From NCBI GenBank assembly GCA_963783575.1, contig CAWAOD010000003.1, positions 276,644 to 340,643 on the forward strand: a stretch of 64,000 nt of DNA. Reading direction: 5' to 3'. Every line of letters starts with the position of its first letter. The first letter of the stretch is position 1. The stretch comes from an uncultured Spirochaetota bacterium (GTDB lineage: Bacteria > Spirochaetota > Brevinematia > Brevinematales > JAOACQ01). Below the pieces are notes generated by a model that saw nothing but the letters and a program-made list of their open reading frames with translations, made no database searches and was not told where the DNA came from. Shown one piece after another: positions 53,703 to 63,109 of the stretch. The position numbers and the translations under genes were made by a program.

Positions 53703-54117
53703 ATCATTTCCTAAATTATTGATACTGATTTTAATAAAAGATTGTACTCTTTGCCAGGGAATACTTCCTATGTGTTAATTACTATTTCAAAGCTTATGTT
53801 AAGTACTTTTGAAGTATTAAAAGATACTTTAAAACCCCAGCTTTGTTCTTCCATTACACTAATTAATTCTTTTAATTACAACTTCAACTATAAAAGAGTC
53901 TAATTACCCTCTCAAAGAATCCGATTAGATTTTCCGGGAAACGGCCCTGATTCTCAAAGACTCCAATTTATCTCTCAAAGAGCCTGATTTGTTTCTTTGA
54001 GAACCAACCAGTAAAATAAATTTCTCGTACCCTTTCCGTGTATTTCCGTGTCTTCTGTGGTTCGTTATCCATTTTATATCAACCGGGGGAACCTGAATGA
54101 TTCCCCCTATCCCTGGT

Positions 54118-54366
54118 TTATTTTGTCTGTGCCGGTGTTTCGGCTGAGGCTGAAGAAACTGATTTCGGCCTTCCGGGAAAACGTGAGGAAAGATCGTCAT
54201 AAATGTTTTTCGCCCCGGAAATATTGGATCTCGCGGCTATTTTAGCCGCGTTATACAGGATCAAAGCTCCCGCGCGAGCTTCGCTACCTGAAAGCATCAT
54301 TGTGTCGCTCAGTACTTCCGCAATCTGTGCTGTTAACTCAACCATATCTTTCTCTGTGCGAATCAA
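54118..54366 (-). pseudogene. C-terminal fragment of a conserved hypothetical protein
   Basis: LSDT.M..GSEA...AL..Y...K.A...GAK.IY.DL..RF; no credible start or RBS. Confidence 0.55.
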
Positions 54367-54378
54367 CAGCTGTCATAT

Positions 54379-54539
54379 CTATATTTTTATCGCCTGTTTT
54401 ATGCTATCAGTATCCCTGTTTTTTAGTTCATTATTTAGAAAATCAGAATATTTCACGTAGCCGCTTTTTTTAAATCATTATAAGTCTGGTCTTTCATGTC
54501 CCGGACTTCCTGCATATAGCGTTCAAAATTATTTTTCAT
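54379..54539 (-). pseudogene. Small (~53 aa) hypothetical protein with a frameshift in an A7 run
   Basis: AGGGAG RBS, MKNNFERYMQEVRDMKDQTYNDLKK, continuing as SGYVKYSDFL... if one A is added. Confidence 0.4.
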
Positions 54540-54557
54540 AAATTTTACTCCCTGTAT

Positions 54558-54865
54558 TTAAAAAATGGTCGCCTCGGTAGTGCTGTTGAACGAAGAAGTG
54601 ATAGACTCGTCGATCGAAGTATTGCTCCCCGAATTCACGGCTTCCTGCTTTACCGCACTATCGAGGTGAGCGGTATAATAAATACGCCTTTTCTTTGATT
54701 TTGCTATTAACTCCGCCTCTTTACCCTCAATCAAAGCCTTTTTCTTCTGATGACTCCAATTTTGAATTTGTTTTTCTCTTTCAAAGGCTTTTTTAATCGA
54801 ATTAAATTCCTTAAAATATATCAACCTCACAGGCAGTCTTTTTCGAGAATATAAATATAAGGCAT
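54558..54865 (-). pseudogene. GIY-YIG (YhbQ/UPF0213-like) nuclease with an internal deletion
   Basis: MPYIYILE start at 54865 is joined out of frame to RKRLPVRLIY.KEF....AFEREKQIQNWS..KK.ALI; the YTG/R catalytic segment is missing. Confidence 0.75.
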
Positions 54866-54867
54866 GG

Positions 54868-54929
54868 TTATTCCTTACCCTCCACCACCTTAATCTCCTC
54901 CTCCGTCAAACCCATATAATTCAATAAAC
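54868..54929 (-). repeat. Copy of the type IIG RM 3' tail (VY/ELYG/LTEEEIKVVEGKE*)
   Basis: Minus strand GTTTATTGAATTATATGGGTTTGACGGAGGAGGAGATTAAGGTGGTGGAGGGTAAGGAATAA aligns with 15900..15959. Confidence 0.85.
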
Positions 54930-55730
54930 AACCTCTAAAATATCACTCTCAACAACAAGGGGAGTATTTTCTTCAAGCATAGTGCCATTCTTAATATGGT
55001 ATTCTTTATTATTCATTTCGCAAAATTCTATAACTTTATAGCTTAATTCATTGAAGAATTCCACATTTCCGGAAAATTTTTTAACCAGAGGATTGTAGTT
55101 TAATTTACCAAAAATAATTTTATCAACAAAGGAAATCGAATCTAAAATTTCATTAAAATTTTGATCAATAATATTGGGCGTTGGGTAAGGTTCGATACTA
55201 ACCCAGGTTTTAACATCATTTTTATGTAAATCATTTAATGCTTTAATTCTTTCTTTATATGGCGCTGAATATGGTTCATATTTGGCTCTATATTCTTCAT
55301 TTAATGATATCAGTGTTATTCCAAATTCGTTCCTGCTATCCAGACTGGATAATTCTATCGGCAACAATCCTTTTGTTAATGCTGTGCATCTAATACTCCG
55401 GCTGTTCAGTATTTTAATAATTTTTATACTCAATTCGGAAATTTCATCATATTTATACATAAAAGGGTCTGTACTGAAGCAGAGGTGTACAAATTTAATT
55501 CTATCCTGATACTTAGGAATTTCAAAACGTAAAAGTTCAAGGGCATTAGACACAATTTTAGGTTCCAGCCAGTCTTCATATGTTTTCACTTTGCCGAATC
55601 TTTTAGCCATCATCATTGCATAACAAGGATAAAGACAGCCATGAGCGCAGCCTTCAACATGGTTAATTGTATAATCACCATACTCAACGCCGGTTTTATA
55701 GAGTAATGATTTTCTCTGGATGTATTTCAT
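54921..55730 (-). CDS. Radical SAM protein (SplB/Rv2578c-like) paired with TcmP
   Basis: GCAHGCLYPCYA cysteine cluster, STDPF, LTKG, EP.......RI.AL..L, WVSIEP. Confidence 0.85.
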   Translation of the reverse strand: MKYIQRKSLLYKTGVEYGDYTINHVEGCAHGCLYPCYAMMMAKRFGKVKTYEDWLEPKIVSNALELLRFEIPKYQDRIKFVHLCFSTDPFMYKYDEISELSIKIIKILNSRSIRCTALTKGLLPIELSSLDSRNEFGITLISLNEEYRAKYEPYSAPYKERIKALNDLHKNDVKTWVSIEPYPTPNIIDQNFNEILDSISFVDKIIFGKLNYNPLVKKFSGNVEFFNELSYKVIEFCEMNNKEYHIKNGTMLEENTPLVVESDILEVVY

Positions 55731-56920
55731 TTTATTTCCTTAATCATAATTTCATATTTTTTTGTATCAAATGAGCTGGATTGTTGTAGCATTCCCGTCT
55801 TTTTATCAATCCTAACAATTTCTAATAGTGAATTTTCCATTTTCTTCAATATTTCGTTATATTTTTTTTGAGGAAAAGATATACCAAATTTGTTTATCAA
55901 ACTTACAATCAACTCTTTATATTCAATATTTTTCTTATTAACAAATTGATTAAGAATTGTTTTGATTAAGTCATCATCATTTATATGAGTATTTCGAATT
56001 AAAAATTCGGGGTAATCATACTCAAATAACTCGCCCTGTCCCTTTCTTTCAATCTCTAAAAATTTATTCCAAGCTTTGTTCATTTCATCAGACATTAGAA
56101 TAAGACCATCTTTATGATTAGTGCCAAAAATTAACCTATATTTTGGAATATTATTAGTTTTTGTTTTGATAGGAATGTTTACAATATGTTTGAATAAACC
56201 TTTCATCTGGCTTGTATATTCTCTACAAAACAGTTCTTCAGCTGTTCTCATATCAATTTTGGCTGTATTGAAATCATTTAAAATATTCTGCCAATATTCG
56301 CCATAAGCAATTTTATTCATATTCTCAATAGTATTTGAATCATCTGTTTCATAGTCCATTTCTTCTTTGTCAGTTGTACAAATATCATATTCATATTTTA
56401 ATAACCTGCAACCTTCCCTTAAAAATCCGAAAGAGTTTAAATTCATTAATAATTCTAAGGAGTTGAAGTTTTTATTTTTTATTTGTTGGAATAAATTAAA
56501 ATCGAGACTTTTTATTCCATATGGATCAACATAGACAAAAATATTATGACTCTTATCAAACTGATCGATTGATTTAATATTTTCTTCAAAAGTACCTTTT
56601 ATAACCTCGCAATTTTTATAACTATCAATATTGTTTAACAGTTCTCTATAATACTTTTTTTCTATAAATACAGCTTTTATATTTTTAAAACTATAAGATG
56701 GATTTTCTATGACAATCTGGATGTGATTGCCTATAATACAAGGGGAACCTAAACTCCCATCATCAAACTTTCCTTTTCCTGCAAAACAATCAATAATTAT
56801 TGTTGGTCGTTTGGTATATAATATCTTAGCAATGTAAGGCGTCAAATAATTGTCAAGAATAGTATCTTTTAATAAAGACCAGTCTTTTTTGTTTTTAAAA
56901 AAATTTTTTGTATTACTCAT
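55727..56920 (-). CDS. tcmP: Three-Cys-motif partner protein (TcmP; methyltransferase-like)
   Basis: WS..K..IL..YL..Y, IDCFAG.G...GSP, FIE, YVDPYG, ELLMN, Y.LIFGT.H..G...M. Confidence 0.85.
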   Translation of the reverse strand: MSNTKNFFKNKKDWSLLKDTILDNYLTPYIAKILYTKRPTIIIDCFAGKGKFDDGSLGSPCIIGNHIQIVIENPSYSFKNIKAVFIEKKYYRELLNNIDSYKNCEVIKGTFEENIKSIDQFDKSHNIFVYVDPYGIKSLDFNLFQQIKNKNFNSLELLMNLNSFGFLREGCRLLKYEYDICTTDKEEMDYETDDSNTIENMNKIAYGEYWQNILNDFNTAKIDMRTAEELFCREYTSQMKGLFKHIVNIPIKTKTNNIPKYRLIFGTNHKDGLILMSDEMNKAWNKFLEIERKGQGELFEYDYPEFLIRNTHINDDDLIKTILNQFVNKKNIEYKELIVSLINKFGISFPQKKYNEILKKMENSLLEIVRIDKKTGMLQQSSSFDTKKYEIMIKEIK

Positions 56921-56970
56921 AAATGCTCTTTTTTAATTATAAAATATTTTGTGGGTCATATATTGTCCCT

Positions 56971-57337
56971 TTAATTATTATTTTCAATAATCTTTATCTC
57001 CTCCTCCGTCAACCCATAAAATTCTCAATCTTCTGGTCAATCTCCCCGTCTTACAGATAAACATAGCTTTCCACTAGTTTTGGATAGTCTGCAGGTCTTT
57101 CACTCGGAAAGCATAATTCGGTTTTTTTGTGGATGAATCGTCTCTCTGTGAAAATTCACGGTGAACGTAGTTTAAATTGGTTTGTTCAAGTTCCCAGCCG
57201 ATAGCGGTAAAGAATGGGTCAATGAAACGGTTTCTTGTTTCCGTTTCCTGAAAAGTTTTTGAAATATAATTGCTTTCATTTTTGTTAAAATCATCAACTT
57301 TTTGTTCGACTAATAAAAGCCCCTCTTTTTTATTCAT
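56971..57337 (-). pseudogene. Type IIG RM gene with almost the whole interior deleted
   Basis: N-terminus FQETETRNRFIDPFF.AIGW...KKPNYAF is homologous to 13095..; it is followed within ~50 bp by DGEIDQKI../YGLTEEEIKIIENNN*. Confidence 0.85.
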
Positions 57338-57712
57338 CCCCGGTTCCTTCTATTTATAATTAATAACTATACACCTAACGGTTTTTTCCGGCAATGCGAT
57401 GCCGAAAAAATAATACAACCAGCTTCGGCACGGAAAATTATTTACAACTGGTATTAAATGAAAATTCGCATTTATTTATTATTATAACGCAGCATAATTA
57501 TTAGTCAAATAATACGTTGCATTATGTGGCATAACTTTGCGCACATCCTGTATGCTGCGTACATTCTGTATTCTTTGAGAATGGGCATGTGAAGCCTGTC
57601 TATTCTCCGCATCTTTTTGTTAATTGAGAAAATCAGTGAATATCCTGTTCCAAATCCTGTTTTCCTTTCCTCGCCCCGTCAGGGTTTCCTTCAAATTTTC
57701 AACTTAATAAAA

Positions 57713-58197
57713 CAAACTTGCTTTACTGTACCCCCGCAGCATGAGCGCCATTTCTGATTAAGCTTTTATTTGACTAAAAGAAATCTTAGTATAAAAATTG
57801 TTGTTATTCCCCATTTGATAAAAACTGATCTTATACTTCAAGGCTTAACTAAACATCACCACTAATCGTGTTTATCCCGCAGCGGTTTCCCTGTAATCTT
57901 TGGATAAAGGAACCTATCTCGCTATATTCGATCAAGTGCATTATCCACTATTAATAATATGACATCGTCAACAATGTAAGTGCAGGATGCACGTCAGCGG
58001 CGAATAAAAACAGGAAGTTTCTCTGAGCCGCTTTTTAAGAAAAAAGAATGTTTTATGAATAATTCGGATAATGCATCTTTAATGAAAATATATCTACGCT
58101 ATGGAAACCGCGAAGGGCAGTTTTCTTTTTGATTACTTTTTCTTTTGCTGCCAAAAGAAAAAGTAATAAAGCCATATGCCGTGGCTTTACGGCAAAA
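57713..58197 (-). mobile_element. Structured non-coding MITE/REPIN-like element B (inverted relative of element A)
   Basis: 57713..57812 matches the reverse complement of 50572..50667; 58110..58197 matches the reverse complement of 50162..50250. Confidence 0.65.
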
Positions 58198-58263
58198 AAA
58201 TATTTTTTCTCAAAAACTAATTAAATCCCAATAAATATATTATATTTATAAGTATTGTTTTTA

Positions 58264-58404
58264 ATATGGGCTGTTTTAAAAACTCAATAAAAGTCTCCCT
58301 AAGCTTGACGAATGGGTGATAAGTTTTGAGGTAATTATAACCATACTTCATCAAGCTCAGTATGACAATGGAAGTAAAAAATGAGTTTTTAGAACTGCCC
58401 ATAT
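58264..58404. mobile_element. Small palindromic MITE/REPIN-like element
   Basis: Outer IR ATATGGGCTGTTTTAAAAACTCA / TGAGTTTTTAGAACTGCCCATAT; inner IR CTAAGCTTGACGAA / TTCATCAAGCTCAG. Confidence 0.7.
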
Positions 58405-58490
58405 ATAATAAGTGAAATTATCAGCAAAATAGTAAGATAAAGATATATTCAGAAAAACGTTTATCTAAAAATCATTACAGGAGGAACAAA

Positions 58491-59408
58491 ATGAAAAAGA
58501 TCAGTATCGGCAATGGTGAAATCATTGCTTCCGAAATTTCCCTCGGCTGTATGAGGCTTGTGGAAATTACCGGAGAAGAAGCGTCTCTGCTTATCAAAAC
58601 GGCGCTGGATAAAGGGATTGATTTCTTTGACAATGCCAATGTTTACGGTGGAGGCAGGTGCGAGGAAATTTTTGCGGATGTAATCCGGAAACTCTCCGTT
58701 CCGAGGGATAAATTTATCCTGCAAACCAAATGTGGAATCCGGCAGGGGTCCTTCGATTTTTCAAAGGAACATATTCTGGAAGCTGTCGAAGGCAGCCTCA
58801 AGAGGCTGAAAACCGATTATATCGATATCCTGCTCCTGCACCGCCCGGATACCCTGATGGAACCGGAGGAAGTTGCGGAGGCATTCACTGAGCCTCCATA
58901 GGACCGGCAAGGTCAGATATTTCGGGGTCAGTAATCAAAAACCCTTACAAATTGAGCTTTTGAGCAAATACTTAAGCCAGAAAATCATAATCAACCAGCT
59001 CCAGCTCAGCATTACAAATACCGGAATGATCGATTCAGGCATAAACGTCAACATGAAAATTGACCGGTCAATCGACAGGGACGGAAGCATTCTTGAATAC
59101 TGCCGCTTAAAGGACATCACAATACAGGCCTGGTCGCCCTTTCAATTCGGGTTTTTCGATGGAGTTTCCTGGACAACAAAAAATTCCCGGAACTGAATAA
59201 AACGATCGATGAGATGGCGGAGAAAAAAGGCGTTAAAAATACGGCGATCGCAATAGCCTGGATTTTGAGGCATCCCGCGAAAATTCAGCCGGTTGTCGGC
59301 ACAATGAACGCGGGACGTCTTAAAGACATCTGCGGGGCTTCGGAAATCACTCTGTCAAGGCAGGAATGGTACGAAATTTATCTTGCGGCGGGGAATAAAC
59401 TGCCGTAA
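58491..59408 (+). CDS. Aldo/keto reductase (YdhF-like), frameshifts near 58890 and 59168
   Basis: LGCMR, FFD.A.VYG, TKCGI, DILLLHRPD / GKVRYFGVSN, QAWSP / AWILRHPA. Confidence 0.88.
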
Positions 59409-59571
59409 TAGTATTTTTTAACAAGCACTCGGGTGATGCAGTGACAGATCTGTAAGGAACATATTCATACTTCCATAATAATCACATCTATTTATTGCGA
59501 GATCGGTTTAGATTAACTAAAATATCTTAGTCAGAATTTTATTAGCCTCAATTTTTTAATGGGGGTTTTGA

Positions 59572-60834
59572 ATGTATATTTTGAAAGCAGGTTTAATACT
59601 GATAATCCTCTCAGCCTTAATTTCATGTATGGGCGCACCCTCTAAAGGCGAATCTTTATTGCTGAAAAATCTTAGCAACAAGGAAAAATCAACGCTTTTA
59701 AGCGATAAAGGAATCCGCATGTATAAAGAAATGACTGATAAAAACGATATCTCGCTTGCCCCCGATATTAAAAACGTCTTCTCAGAGTCGTTAAAATTAG
59801 ACCCTTCAAATAAGGATGCTACGGAATATTTATCCAATATCGTTAAATATATGAATGACTCTGTTTCAGAAATAATAACCAATGTCAGAAAGAACATGGA
59901 AAAAAGCACAAACAGGACTGAAGATGATGATTTCTCTCTCTGTTCGGATCTTCAAAAAGCATACGTTATTGATCCCTCAAATAAGGATATTATAAAATTA
60001 AAAAACGATACAAAGGATACCCGGGAAAATCTCGCTAAAAAAATGCTTACCAACAGCGATTTACTCTTGTCATCTTCAAAAAAAGACAATATTATTCAGG
60101 AAAAAACAGTCATTTCAGCGATTGAAAAACTCAATAAGGCACTTTTGATCGGGTCATCTCTGGAAAATAAAATATCTTCAAAAAAATCGGAGGCTGTAAA
60201 TATTTTATCGGATTATATGGAAATGCAAATTGCGGATATAAAGAAATTAATCACGCAAAATAAATTTAAAGATGCGGAAACGAATGTAAAAGAATTGAAT
60301 AAATACAATCAATATACAAATCATAAATTTGACGAAGCGCTTGTTAACCTTCAGTATGATCTTTATTTTAATTGGGCCGGGAACCTTTTCTCTTCCAACA
60401 GGCTGGACCTAGCAAACGATAAAATCGTTGCGGCCTTGAAATTTAAGCAAACCCCGGAAGCATTATCTTTGCAGGATAAAATCCAGGATAAAAAAAACAA
60501 GGCGGATATAACAGTTTCCTTTGGTGCATGGCTGGCGGATATTGATGATCTTATCGCGCAAAAAGAAATCGGATCGGCTTATAAAAAAATCAATAGTTAT
60601 GAAGGTAAGGTTAAGGAAAAAGATAAGAAAAGCCAGCTGGAGGATAGGAAAAAAAAGATAAAATCGCTTGTTGACCCGATTTACAATGAAGCGGTAAATA
60701 ATTTTATAAGTGAAAATTATTCGGATTCCATAAAAGGTTTTCAAAATGTACTTATAGTTGATCCCAATTATAAGTCCGCAAAAAATTATTTTGACAAGGC
60801 GAAAGCAAAGGTAAAAGTGCTGGAATCATATTAA
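59572..60834 (+). CDS. Helical/TPR-like lipoprotein
   Basis: LISC lipobox; repeated L..DP.NK.A..Y motifs. Confidence 0.75.
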   Translation: MYILKAGLILIILSALISCMGAPSKGESLLLKNLSNKEKSTLLSDKGIRMYKEMTDKNDISLAPDIKNVFSESLKLDPSNKDATEYLSNIVKYMNDSVSEIITNVRKNMEKSTNRTEDDDFSLCSDLQKAYVIDPSNKDIIKLKNDTKDTRENLAKKMLTNSDLLLSSSKKDNIIQEKTVISAIEKLNKALLIGSSLENKISSKKSEAVNILSDYMEMQIADIKKLITQNKFKDAETNVKELNKYNQYTNHKFDEALVNLQYDLYFNWAGNLFSSNRLDLANDKIVAALKFKQTPEALSLQDKIQDKKNKADITVSFGAWLADIDDLIAQKEIGSAYKKINSYEGKVKEKDKKSQLEDRKKKIKSLVDPIYNEAVNNFISENYSDSIKGFQNVLIVDPNYKSAKNYFDKAKAKVKVLESY

Positions 60835-60853
60835 ATAAAGAGAGGAATCGGTT

Positions 60854-63011
60854 ATGAATGAAAAAAAACTGAACCGGGTATTTCTTATAGTTGATATTGC
60901 GGCTTATGTATTAATTCTATTCTGGCTTCTTTTGCCTGTGTTTATAAGGAATCCGGTCCTTAATATCGACCTGATCAATAGTACGCGAAATTTTGATAAT
61001 TTCAGTAAAAATATTGGTATTTCAAGTTATTTTCTTTACATTGTTTCTTTTTTGTTTTATCTGACTCCGATTGTTTTAATCTATAAAGCTGCTTCCATCT
61101 TTTTTAACGAAAAACTTCCCGTTATATTATCCCCCTACAATTATATTTCTTTTCTTATAAATTTTTTATTCTCCGGTTTAATTCTTTTATACATAATTCT
61201 GATTATTTTAAAAAAAGCCCCGGGCATCAGTTATTTTGCAACCATTGATATTTTTACCGATATAATTATTTTATTGCTTGTCGTTTACAGCATTATTCAG
61301 CCGATTAATGCCATAAATAAGCTGAGAAACCTTAGCAGATCTTACAGGGATTATATCGAATTTTCACAATCCCGGGCCGCGAATGAACAAAAAAGTTTCA
61401 GGCAGAAGTTAAGCCGGCTGGGAATCCTGGAGAAACTTCTGATCGCGTTTATTCTAGCGATTGTTATAATCATTTTATCGCTCAGTTCGCTTTTATTGGG
61501 GCAGTTTAAAAAGACAATAGTCGAATCTGTTATCGCGACCGGGACTATGCTTGCAGATCAAAGCGTAAGTTTTATCAAAGAAAACCTTGAAGAGGATAAA
61601 CTATTTTTAATCGATACATATCTGAAAAAAGAAGTAATGAAGAATGAGGGTTCTTCCCTCGCTTTTAATTCCATATCCTGGTATAAAAAAGATCCTGAAA
61701 CCGGGAATTATAACGTTAAATTGTCAACAGATGACAGTCTCCAGGGAAAAGAGATTAAAAGCGAATTCGCCGGCATTGAAGAACCCATGTATAGATTTGA
61801 TAAAAACACTAAAACTTATGATATAATTGCTCCAATCATCGAAAGTAAAAAAAAGATAGGCTTTTCCATTATACAGTATAAACAGGATGTAATTTTTAAA
61901 TCTTACAATCAAACACAGGTCAGAATTCTTTTATTTGCAGTCCTTATTATTTATGCTGCGCTGATTTTAATTTATGTCATCGGAAGCAATATTGTTCTTC
62001 CAATTTTATACCTGCAGATGAATGTAAAAAAAATCGGTGCAACTCTTTCGGGGATGGTCAAAGGAACTGAAAAAATCCAGGCGTCAAACCTGCGGTATGA
62101 TGATGTAATCACTACTAAAGACGAAATAGAAACCCTCTCACAGGAAATAAGCAATATGGTTACTGTAATTAAGGGAATTATTCCTTATATTTCCGCATCA
62201 ACGCTTAAACATTCTGATAGAAAGGAAAAAACTTCAACAATTAAAGATCTGACATTCCTTTTTACCGATATAAGGGGTTTCACAACATTATGCGAAGGCA
62301 AAAGCCCTGAAGATGTTGTAAGTATTTTAAACCAGTATCTTGACTTGCAAACCGAAATAATACTTTCTAATGACGGCGATATCGATAAGTTTGTAGGCGA
62401 CGAATTAATGGCGGTTTTCGATGGTCCGGAGAAGGAATTGAACGCTTGTAAAGCAAGTCTGGAAATCCGAAAAGCCATGCAGGAAGAAAAGGAAAAACGT
62501 GAGGCAATGAATGAACCTACCGTTGAAATCGGAATAGGTATAAACTCCGGCACGGCGGTATTCGGCAGTATGGGAGCGAGAGAGCGGATGGATTTCACCT
62601 GCATCGGCGATAATGTTAATATAGCGGCAAGGCTTGAGGGGGCAAACAAGGAGTATAAAACCAGGAGTTTGATTACGGAAAGCGTATATCAAAAAGTGAA
62701 CAACAGGTATTTATGCAGGGAAATCGATTTTATGACCGTAAAAGGGAAGAAAGAACCGTTAAAAATTTTTGAAGTCCTTCAGGAAATGAATCAAACATCA
62801 AAAAAAATCATTGACATCAAAGAAATCTTTGAGAAAGGATTGAAATTATACAGGGGAAAAGAAATGGGATGAGGCTTTAATTCTTTTTAAAGAAAATTAC
62901 GACAAATTTAAAGACGGGCCAAGCGAAGTTTTTTACAGGCGCAGTGTTTTATTTAAGAAGAATCCTCCCCCGGCCGATTGGGACGGAGTTTTCAGGTTAT
63001 CCGTAAAGTAA
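60854..63011 (+). CDS. Membrane class III adenylate/guanylate cyclase; frameshift near 62857 before the C-terminal tail
   Basis: FTDIRGFT, DKFVGD, GIGINSG, IGDNVNIAARLE, VKGK; the alternate frame gives KWDEA...DGPS...PPPADWDGVF ending at TAA 63011. Confidence 0.9.
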
Positions 63012-63025
63012 TTGATTAAAAATCA

Positions 63026-63085
63026 TGTATTATTTTAACAGAGTAACAAGTTATTAAATTTTACAACCAAAATTTAGACATTACG
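63026..63085 (+). repeat. ~60-bp dispersed upstream repeat, copy 2
   Basis: TGTATTATTTTAACAGAGTAACAAGTTATTAAATTTTACAA...GACATTACG; near-identical to 43425..43488. Confidence 0.85.
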
Positions 63086-63109
63086 GAAATTAAAAATTGG
63101 AGGATGTTT

